From Macrostomum lignano (taxonomy: Eukaryota): a stretch of DNA of 64,000 nt. Below are positions 50,401-61,072 of the stretch, piece by piece. Location of the stretch: NCBI GenBank assembly GCA_002269645.1, contig NIVC01003151.1, forward strand, positions 1-64,000, given 5' to 3'. How positions within the stretch are numbered: position 1 is the first letter of the stretch; each line of letters opens with the position of its first letter. The notes under the pieces were generated by a model. That model saw nothing but the letters and a program-made list of their open reading frames with translations, was not told where the DNA came from and ran no database searches. The translations under genes were made by a program, and so were the position numbers.

Positions 50401-51027
50401 CCGCAGGAACTCATTTTGGCGCCGCAGGAACTCATTTTAGCGCCACAGGCACTCATTTTGGCGCCGCAGGCACTCATTTTGGCGCCGCAGGCACTCATTT
50501 TGGCGCCGCAGGCACTCATTTTGGTATAGCGGATTGTGGCATAGCGGCATAATTAAGTGAAAAATTCCCACCTGCTTGGTCAGAGCGGCCACCAGGCCAC
50601 TGAAATAAGCGCTAGCGGAGATCCTGGACACATCGAAGTACTCCACTGCGGCTGTGTCGCCATAGTTTGGCACCCGGATGCTCACGTTCGGCGCATTGTG
50701 GCTGATGTTGGTGACGTTGTCAAAATGCAATCGGAAGTTGTCAACAAAACAGTCGATAGTGAAATAAGTGAGCAGCTCGAGGTTCAGCCAGATGGGAAAA
50801 TAATCCTTGGTAGTCTTGGAGCACCAGTAGTGTGGCACCCAGGGCTTGCCGTCGAGTCTGGCCTCAACCTGGCTGCCGCCATCGCCTGGGATGAGAATCA
50901 CTGGAGTCTTGGCAGCGGCAGCAACAATGGGCAGTGCTGGTTGCGCAATAGCCAGTGCCAATAGCAGCAATGCTGCAGGCAGGGAGCAGAGGCTTGAGCC
51001 AGATTTGTGCCAAGTGTGCACAAGCAT
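47408..51027 (-). CDS. PLA2G15: Lysosomal phospholipase A2 / LCAT-family acyltransferase, ~454 aa; two 1-bp deletions break the frame in this sequence
   Basis: Exons 51027-50572, 49858-49527, 48741-48350, 47590-47408. Motifs PVILIPGDGGSQ, DFRRSP, AHSYG (Ser), GDGTV (Asp), AEHVKI (His). Exons 2 and 3 are 332 and 392 nt, each one base short of in-frame. Confidence 0.88.
47635..48312. repeat. 32-bp minisatellite (gggtagatagggtggaggctactcaagcatct), PLA2G15 intron 3
   Basis: About 21 units. Confidence 0.95.
48845..49430. repeat. 21-bp minisatellite (acagacaggtacctcatagcc), PLA2G15 intron 2
   Basis: Tandem units. Confidence 0.95.
49925..50200 (+). mobile_element. tRNA-derived SINE in PLA2G15 intron 1
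   Basis: A box tagtctagtgg (49931-49941), B box ggttcgattcc (49975-49985), then gtgtccttaagcaagacactt and a cagctgtaaaatgggtgcc segment typical of conserved SINE central domains. 3' end approximate. Confidence 0.7.
50366..50524. repeat. 21-bp minisatellite (gcaggcactcattttggcgcc), PLA2G15 intron 1
   Basis: Reverse complement of the unit inside the 480-736 MITE. Confidence 0.92.
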
Positions 51028-52979
51028 GTCAGCTGTCTGAAGAACCAGTTTTGTAAACAATGGTGATTGTGTGACAGTAAGATCTTGTTTGTATTAGAGA
51101 CAGGGGGCTGAGAGCAACCTGGCACACTTTAAGCAACATTGCCTAACTACCAACTCCACTGAGCAAACAATCTTTCAATTTAATTAAACTTATATTATTT
51201 TAATATATACTTATTATTATAAGTATATATCTGCTTTTCAAATTAAATTTCCTATATAAATTTTGCACTGTCTTTCTGTAATTGATTTTTTGAGAACCAT
51301 CTAGTCAATTTTTATTTCAAATTAGCTTTAAAAAATTTAATTCCTTGGCAGTCATGCATAACTTTTTTCATTGAAAAATTTGAATTCGAAATGGTTCAAA
51401 TATAAAAAATGACATTTTAATGCTTTCAATTGGCAATCTATTTGAATTTTGCATTTGAATGCCCACAATGGGGAGCTCAATGTGCTGGTAAAAACTAAAT
51501 GCATTTCATAGAAAAATGAAAACATAACTAACTTTATACAATAGTCAAGGTGGTATATGCATGCTAGAATGCATTTTAGGCAAAAGACCCCATTTACATC
51601 AAATGTATGGCAATTTTTAAGCTGCCTTTGATTCACTATACCAGGAGCCAAAATATATAGTTCTAAGCCCTAATAGGTTTTTTTAGATTCCAACTTTTTA
51701 CATTGGTATAAAATCATGTTTTTAATTAGATTGGACTTCATTTCATATACTTTCTCATACTTTTATACTTTCTCATTTTCTCATAGTCATATGTACATCT
51801 ATAGCAATATCTTATTTTCCTATAGCCTATCTATATTGAAATCTATAGCTAATAAACTTAAACTATCTATAACTATTTGTAAACTTTCTTGTATAGTTGC
51901 AATATGCCACCTCTCACTATTAGCTATTATAGGCTATAATAGTTATAAATAGTGTTTTGCCAAATGCATTTGCGGCACTTTACATATCAATTTGATTGCC
52001 TTTTGACTGTTTTCTCTCTTCTCTCTTCTCTTCTTTGCCCTTTTTATCTTCACTTTCTACTCTCCCCTCTTTTCTTTACCATCTTTTTTTCTCTATCTCT
52101 TTTCTTTCCCCTTTTCTTCTCATATCTCTTCTTAGAATATTTAAGTAACAAAAGTAACAACTACTGTTACTTTATAATTAAAGTAATAAAATCTCTAATT
52201 CTTACCAAAATCTATGAGAGCAGTGGCTTGCTTATCAGTTGGTTTCTAAGAAGTCTCCTTTGCAATCTAGCCTTGTTTGATAGTGGCAAATGCTAGGTGG
52301 TTTCCCCATTGGCTTCAATTCTCTTAACTTAAGCCTTTAATATCCTGACCCCAGGGACTTAAGACCTTCCCCTATATTGAAAGTGAAAACATTCATCTTA
52401 ACATTAATCCCTATCACCTAGCCATATCTTGCATTTGGCATTGAAACTATTTATTGCTTAAGTCCCCAAATCTATATAAGGATTTAAGTCTAAGAGCTAG
52501 ATGTTAGATAGGATCCTAATCCAATCTAATAACCTTAATCCCATCTGACCTATATTAAGAGCTCCCCTTTGAAATTGAAAACACCTTGGGTATGGCATTG
52601 AAAATCTCTATTGCTTAAGTCCTAAATTCCAAGGACTTTGAAACTGGCAATATTTATTCACTTTTATTATCCTACCCCTATCAGTCAAACCAATAGCTCA
52701 ATGGCCTTTTAATTCTCAGTTGGGTAGCATAACTAGATATAAGAATTAGATATAAAAAGATAAACTGGATATAACTGAAAATTAAGTAATAGGCCTAAAT
52801 GATAATTTAATCATTATCCAAAATTGATATATATATATACAAGTGCTAATTTATAAAAGAGGTACTGGAATCATTAGTTAAACTAATGCTTGAAATCTTA
52901 TGTAAATAACTTTTGCCAATTGGTTTTTTTTACAAAAGTACTGTTAAGCCAAGCCAATAATATGAATGTAACCCTAGTG

Positions 52980-53560
52980 TCTTGTGTATATAAAAATAAG
53001 TAGCATAACCGCATCGTAAGCCCTTGAGCTATTCAAGAACATAGGGGGGGGGGGGATTGAAAAGATAAAAAGGATTACGATTTTTAATGACAGTAAAGTT
53101 GAATTTTAAAGTACATTTTTGATCTTATATTGTGATTCAGGATTTCACGTTCACGCCTACTTGAAATTAACAATAAATTACAAGGAACTTAAGTAATTCA
53201 AATTTTAATTGTATCCATCGTGACCAATCGTCGACATTTGATTTGACGCAAAATATAAATTCATGTCGCATTATCGCAATCATAATTGTGAATTTTATTT
53301 TACTTTTTAACACGTAATGTCGTTTCACTGATTGCATGAAACAAAATGCATACAGAAAGAACTGTGCTTAAATTTTTCTGTAACGATATTAAAAGTCCTG
53401 ATCACTCAGTGGTTTGTCCGAGTCCTGCCCTGAAGCGGCGCGACATTAGAGATTAATGCGCGACCATAGAATATAGATTATCTGATATCTTGTACAATTT
53501 TTAACTGAACAAAAGCTAACATATAACACTAACTACCAACGAAAGTTAGCTCAAAATGGA
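52980..53560. promoter_or_regulatory. Candidate bidirectional promoter (CpG-retaining patch)
   Basis: CpG-containing island between CpG-poor AT-rich flanks that lead to the divergent PLA2G15 (-) and FHA/PNKP (+) genes. Confidence 0.35.
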
Positions 53561-56500
53561 ACAGTTTTCCTTTTCTTGAAATCTCATCTCATCAAATCTT
53601 AATCTTCTGAATTCTTAAACTAGGCTGCTATAGTGCTATTTTTTATTTTTACTATTTTTTGGCTTGTGTTATCGTTTTTTGTGACCGTATAACTAGCAAA
53701 ATGTTTATTCAATAGTAGTCTAGGGCCTAGTCAATGTAACAGTGTCAGTATAAGTTATAAGTAGCCCTATAAAAGCGAAGTGAAACTTATGTCTATCCTG
53801 TAGTTTCGTAGGCCTACATTAAATTATTTTTGTTGAAAATAAAAACTTTAAGTAACTTTAAGCTTAGGCCCTAATAAGTGACAGAATAGATAGGGTCTAA
53901 TAAGGAACAAATATAACATGTTCAATGAAAATAATTTTATTAATTTTATGTCCAAAACTATAACATTGCCTAGTCAAACTTATTTTTATAGGCCTAGTCA
54001 CTATTAGGCCTGAGTAGCAAAAAAGCTACCATATTTTTATGGTAACTTTGTAAAGGCTAAGTTTAAGTTAAGGCCTAGAACAATCACAGCCATAGAAGAA
54101 AAGGGGAGAGAGGCCAGACAGACAATAAACCAAAAGCAAGCTTAGCAAAGAAGCTCAGACATTGGGAAGATGGAGGAACCAAAAAAAGGGGGCAAGGGAG
54201 AAAATGCAGACAGCCAAAAGGACAAATGGGCCAAGAAAAAGGAGAGGGAAAGAGGCAAGGGAGAGGAGAAGGAAAGAGTAAGGGAGAGGGAAAGAAAGAG
54301 GGAGAGCTGCGACCAGTGGCAATCAACAGCTCAAAGGGCACAGGGAACTGCTGACAAAAGTGGGCACCTAATACTATTGACTAAACTAGTGCTCACTTCA
54401 TTTATTTTCTAAATTTAATAGCCTCTTAGTCTTATTGTTTAGGCACTCATTATTTATATGAAAGTATGACTAGATATTGCTAGCCATAATCTAGAAGGTG
54501 GCCTTTATGCCAGAATTTTCTAGAGTATTTTTGCTCTCACTGACAATCTTGGCATATAGAATAGCCTATGCCTATTCAGGTTCAACATGAAGTGTACACA
54601 GTTGGCATACAAAAAATAGCCAAGTTCAAGAAAAAGTGGCATATAAACTATTTTAGTCTTAGTGTAAAAAATTTTTAATTATATGTCGGCATACAATTGA
54701 AAAAACATGAATTTTCATTCTGGTATATGCCTGCCATGATCCAGACTATAGATTGCTAAGTATTGCATAGTATTGTATAAATATTTTTGGAAGTTATTTG
54801 CAGTGTTGAGCACTAGTCTATTAATAAGCATTAAGATTTTTCATTAACATTAATATGTAGCAATAGTTGATGAAGATAAAGAGCAAAGGTGGTGGCTCTG
54901 TGTTTGCTGAATAAACAGAATCACTTAAAGAGTTGAAGTACTTAGGTTACATTTATTTATAGTATTGAACTGAGTATAACCAGAAATTTCTAGAAGTTTC
55001 GTTAGTTACAACAAAATTAAATATTTTAAATGCTATTACGTAATACTACCGTACAAATGCATTAATAAATATGACCACAATAAATTTTATACTTAATATT
55101 AAGCAGTAAAACTAACATTTAAATAAACTAAAGGAAATTTCTGGAATCTGACAAGAAGTTATAATAGCATTCTTTTGGTTTATGTTCACCCCAAACAGTG
55201 ACAATCACCTTAAACAGTGACAATCACTACAAAAAACAGTTTTAAGACATAAAATACATAGTTTCCAATGAAACAAAATCAAATGTTTGAAAACCTTCTT
55301 TGTTTATTTCAAAAGATAGTAAGATTGTTGTAGCACCTTATATTTCACCCTTCAGTTTACAATCATCCAAACATATGTTGCCCATTGAAATGATCGTGAA
55401 CTAAAGCTAGCAGTAAGAAAACCTGTCAAACTAATTTCAACTGTCAAGTTGCAAGTTTAAGCTACGGTAGCCTATATATTTCACCTTTGGTTTATGATCA
55501 CCCAAATGTATGTTGCCTATTAAAATGATCATGAACCAAAGCTGGCTGTAAAAAAGTGTACTGATGGTTGACATGCTTTCCTATAGCCAGCTTTGGTTCA
55601 CGATCATTTCAATGGAGTGCATGTATAGAAGTGATCGTAAACTGAAAGTGGGGAGGGTGCGGTGCTGAAGATTAATTATACTAAGCTAGGGTTGACATGC
55701 TTTCCTACAGCCAGCTTTGGATGATCGTAAACCAAAGGTGATATATATAAGCTACTAGTGAACCAATGTACAATCTTTTCAATCTCAAATAAACAAAGTT
55801 AGTTGATCAGCTCCAACTTTTGCTCTCTTTTCATTTGAAACTACTATTGGTTTTTATGTCTTAGTTTTGAACACACCATTTTTGCACTGCAATAAGCAAA
55901 ATATAAGGTGATCATAAATCAAAACTAGAAAAATAGAAGGTGATCCTAAACCAAAACTGGCAAAATAGATGGTGATTGTAAACCAAAGGATTGCTGTTAT
56001 AACATTACAAATGTATTCAAATTTACTTAAATGCCTAATTAATCTTTTGGTTTATGACAATTATCATGCAGATGTAACAACTTCTTACTAATAAACTTTA
56101 ATAATGAATTAAAATTGTAAACTTTATTGCTTATGCATGAGCATCAATTGCTTTGATTAACTTCTTTGCCAATCTTTCGTAACTTTCTGCTGCGCTTACT
56201 AATGCTACTGAAACAACCTTCCTATTCATATCTTATTATTAACTAATTAGCTTTTAAGTTTCAAATAAATAAGTTACTTTTGTTTACTGTATGCTTACTT
56301 TTAGTAGTATTATGCTTATAAGTTTCAACTATTATTATTATTTGTTATTTTTAGCTTGTAAATTGCATGGATAAACTCTATGTTCTACTAAAGATGGAAA
56401 AGTGGAAGCAGTATATTATGAAGTCTGTTTTGAAAAAAAGTGCAATATTTCTATATTTTTTGTGGTAACTTTAATGGATTAATGCTTATTAATGATTATC

Positions 56501-59213
56501 AATTAATTTTCAGTAAACTTAATAAAATTAAGAGTTAAAAAGTTACACATTAAAGTTACAATTAAGATTTTTTCATTCTAATGCTAACACTTTTGCCATT
56601 AACGGAAGTTAAGATTTTCATTAATGGTGCCCAACACTGGTTATTTGCATGATATGGCCTAATTTGTGGCATGCATGAGGGTTTTTGACCCTAGTGTTAT
56701 ACCATAGTTCAGAAGGTAACATGTACGTCAGGATATCCTGGCATACAACAAGGGTCTTATCATTTTTTAGTGTATATCAGGTTATATCCCAGCATACATG
56801 ACATAGCAGATATATTGTGTCAAATAACAATTTTTTTGTATTGGCATACAAACCTAACATACAAACAAGGTCTCATCATTTTTCCAGCATTAAACCCAGT
56901 ATATACTAATAGATGATCTGAACTATGGGCACCTACTGTGTATTACTGCATGCAATAAGACTTTGTATATAGCTAATAAAATTTACAAAGTTTTTTACAA
57001 ACTTATAAACTTAATAAACTTAATTAAACTTAATTTACAAAATCAATAAAAATTTTTGGCATGTAGCTGTGTGCAAAATGGATTCAGAAATAAAACATAG
57101 GTTTGGATTTGGCTGGACTGTAGAAATTTGGAATTGGTAATGTCTTAATTTAATTTTTTTAATAAGTAATTACACTTACAAAATTTTTTTAAATACAAAA
57201 ATAATTTTTTATTTCTTTCACAGCAAAATTAAAGACTAAAAAGTAATCCAATCCATGGAAAATAATGAATTTAAATTGTTTAAATAGGCTTTGCTGCTTT
57301 TACTTAATAAGCAAAGTGCTAAAAATACAAGCAAATTTTCAATTTTAACTTCTGCTGGTCTCTGATATGGCACGCAGTGCAGATAAGGCCCTTGGTGTAT
57401 GGTGTGTAATGCGCATGAGATTTCCAAATAATCTTGGTGTATGGCATTCAAGGTTAAAAAGTTTCATGGTATGCATGGAATATCTTTGAGACTTTAGGGT
57501 ACAGTGTAAAGAACAAGTGCTGCTCTAATTGTATAGAGTTTTATTGGATCCATGTGAATTGCCCATAGACGAATTGCCCACCAAGATTTGCCCATAGGAG
57601 ATTTGCCCACAGTGCATTTTCCCATGAGCAAATTGCCCATGGGGCTCTTGGGTCCACTGGCAGTTACACATGGGCTTTGTTGCACAATGCAACTAAGTAA
57701 AATAATAAAAACCTAGTCAGTGGTAGCCCACTACTACAACTAGACCCTCTATCAAAAGGGAAAAAACAATGTTATAAACTTCAAATTTATGCTAGGTCAA
57801 CTGGCCAAAGCCCATGTGTAAATAGATTATAAGTATTACAAAATGTTTCAAATACAATCAATATTAATACTTATAATATAGTTTTTAACCAATTTCAATG
57901 TATAATATATCATTTTTTAGTTTTTTACACTATATCTATTGATGAGAATAAATCTATTACAAATAGAATAGCTTTAATAAAACATTTGCTACAATACTTT
58001 TAAAAGTTAGTCTTAGACCTGTAGTCAGGATCATGTTATACATATGCTAGAATTTCCCCAAAAATATTTTCAATTGTATGCCAAGTATATCAGCCAAAAT
58101 GCACTAGAGTGCTGGGTTTTACCCATAGTAAGTCTGGAATCTCCTAACTTGAGCATGGGCCTAAATATAAACATTTATATAAATTGAAAAAAAATACAAA
58201 CATTTTTTATAAAGCTGTTTTTTTCTTATAGAATTACAACATACTTGCAAAATAATTGTTAAATTATATATTTACAGCTTTATACATATTTTTTTAATAA
58301 AATTTTTAATTTTTCAAAACTACTAAAACTTTCATGACAAATGGGATTTATTATGCTTGTGTAAACAACTATATAGTGGCATGGGGCAGCCTTTTCTAGG
58401 TTCAGAACAAGAATGTATGCACCACATAATGCATACTGTATACCAAAAATTAATTATGCAAGTTTCCATGATAATTGGTTGAGGTATTTTTTCCTAGATA
58501 TATATGCTTTCACATTAGATAAAAAAATAGATCTAAACATCCTCTATTCCTAACAAAAGTTGTTATTCTAATCCTACCAGGTTCTAAATATTTTGATTTT
58601 GTCTGACTTTCTTTATTCATGATATTGATAAAATCATTTTAACATTAGAAAAAAATATAGGTGGCTATATTATTAACAAACCAATACAGTAAAAAACAAG
58701 AAATCCCCAGTTCTAACATAGAACAATAGAGTAGGGACTAAGCATAGAACCAGAGAATTAAAATTTAAACTTTATTGAAGACCTACATATATATCCTCGA
58801 CCTTATCTGTAAAAGTTACAGTTAAAAGGTAAAAATGCTTTTTTGATTTAGCCAATTTTTTTTATCTTTAATTTTTCACTATAGGCCATACTTGTTATTT
58901 ATTGTCGTGTCATGATTTATGTGTCATGAGTATTGAGGATCGGAGATAGGGGGATTACCCTCCCCAAATAGCAACGATTTTTTTGAAATTTGATTTTCTA
59001 GTATATTTCTTTTAGCTCTCCCTAGGGGCAGGCTACCCCCAAAAATATTTCTAGTGTTCAATCCCCCCCCTCGAAGAAAATTTCAAACCAGATTTGGCTC
59101 ACACATAGCTAAACTGGTTAGTGATGGTACAATTGCATTAATTCTCATGCATGAACTCCTGTTTCATGTAAGAAACCGAACTATACCTGCTGCAGGGAGA
59201 GCACAGGTGGAGC

Positions 59214-59711
59214 ATGGACTTGCAAGGGACTCAGCAGGATCCAGTGAAAGCTCTCATTGAACCTGTGAAACCCTGCTGCATCTGCATTATATCTCACTAT
59301 TCTCCATTGACCGAAGAAGTTGGCGATACAATCCTGTGGCTCCTGCCCGAGTGCACCGTTTTCATTGGCCGCGACGATGTCACCAAAGTGAAGGATATGG
59401 CCTGCTCAACTGTGCAAGTTGGCCTGACGCATTTCACAGTTGGTTGCAAAGCTGCTCAAGGCCAAGTGTGCAGCTGCTTTGTACTTTTAGACAACGTCGG
59501 CGAAGGCGTCTGCATTGCCAGATCGCGCGCTTTGGTATGCGGCCAGTACGATTATTTAAAACACGGCGAGTATTTTGTTCTGGGCAAGTCCAGCGCCTTC
59601 ATTGTCACAGTCATCTCTAACCGGGTGGTTCTGGCCGAACTGCGCAAAAGTCTCCGCTCTGATGTGCAGGTATTGCGCGCCAAATATGGCATGGACGTGC
59701 AACAGAAATAG
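59214..59711 (+). CDS. Stand-alone FHA-domain protein of the PNKP/aprataxin type, 165 aa
   Basis: VFIGRDDVTKVKDMACSTVQVGL, VGEG and LKHGEYFVLG align by eye with VVIGRQPQFDIRDAACSRQQARL, VGAG and LANGDALILG in the PNKP exon next door. Confidence 0.7.
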   Translation: MDLQGTQQDPVKALIEPVKPCCICIISHYSPLTEEVGDTILWLLPECTVFIGRDDVTKVKDMACSTVQVGLTHFTVGCKAAQGQVCSCFVLLDNVGEGVCIARSRALVCGQYDYLKHGEYFVLGKSSAFIVTVISNRVVLAELRKSLRSDVQVLRAKYGMDVQQK

Positions 59712-60029
59712 CATGGCATCTTGTGCCTATGCGCTGAACTGGGCTACTTACTAAGTAGCATGATTTGAACATCTGATTTTCCGCAAATGTATTTTTTATA
59801 TGGAAAAATTTATGCATTTATGTTCTCGATACTTTTGATTTTTGATAGGAAAGCCGTGATGTTTTTATTTGTCTATTTGATTCATTGTGTCAACGTTTTA
59901 TTCATTTCTCAGCAACCTCTTATACGTAATAGGTTTTGGACTTTTATTTGCACACTAAAGGCCCTGGCTATTTTGATCTCTGCTCTGCTCTCAAAGTCTT
60001 AGGGTGAATATTTTTTGTATCATAGATTC

Positions 60030-60960
60030 CATTTGTGCCCTGAAGGTTGTAGGATCCGATCTGTGCCCTGAAGGTTGTAGGATCCAATCTGTGCCCTGAA
60101 GGCTATCATAGGATCCGATCTGCGCCTTGAAGGCTATTATATGATTTGATCTATGCCATGAAGGTTATATGATTTCATCTGTGCCCTGAAGGTTATAGGA
60201 AGATTTCATCTGTGCCCTGAAGTTTATAGGAAGATTTGATCTGTGCCTGAAGTTTATAGGAAGATTTGATCTGTGCCCTGAAGGTTATAGGAAGATTTGA
60301 TCTGTGCCCTGAAGGTTATACGAAGATTTGATCTGTGCCCTGAAGTTTATAGGAAGATTTGATCTGTGCCTGAAGTTTATAGGAAGATTTCATCTGTGCC
60401 CTGAAGGTTATAGGAAGATTTGATCTGTGCCCTGAAGGTTATAGGAAGATTTGATCTGTGCCCTGAAGGTTATAGGATTTCATCTGTGCCCTGAAGATTA
60501 TAGGAAGATTTGATCTGTGCCCTGAAGGTTATAGGAAGATTTGATCTGTGCCTTGAAGGTTATAGGAAGATTTGATCTGTGCCCTGAAGGTTATAGGAAG
60601 ATTTGATCTGTGCCCTGAAGGTTATAGGAAGATTTGATCTGTGCCCTGAAGGTTATAGGAAGATTTGATCTGTGCCCTGAAGGTTATAGGAAGATTTGAT
60701 CTGTGCCCTGAAGGTTATAGGAAGATTTGATCTGTGCCCTGAAGGTTATAGGAAGATTTGATCTGTGCCCTGAAGGTTATAGGAAGATTTGATCTGTGCC
60801 CTGAAGGTTATAGGAAGATTTGATCTGTGCCCTGAAGGTTATAGGAAGATTTGATCTGTGCCCTGAAGGTTATAGGAAGATTTGATCTGTGCCCTGAAGG
60901 TTATAGGAAGATTTGATCTGTGCCTTGAAGGTTATAGGAAGATTTGATCTGTGCCCTAAA
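60030..60960. repeat. 31-bp minisatellite (gatctgtgccctgaaggttataggaagattt) between the FHA ORF and PNKP
   Basis: About 30 units. Confidence 0.95.
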
Positions 60961-61072
60961 AAAGTTTAGAAGATCTGTTAAGTCCAGGTCCTTGGAATGT
61001 GTCCTTTTTAAGTTATTTCATCAGTCCGCATAATTTCTTAAGTTTTCAACTTTCGTTTGTTTTCCTGCTGCC

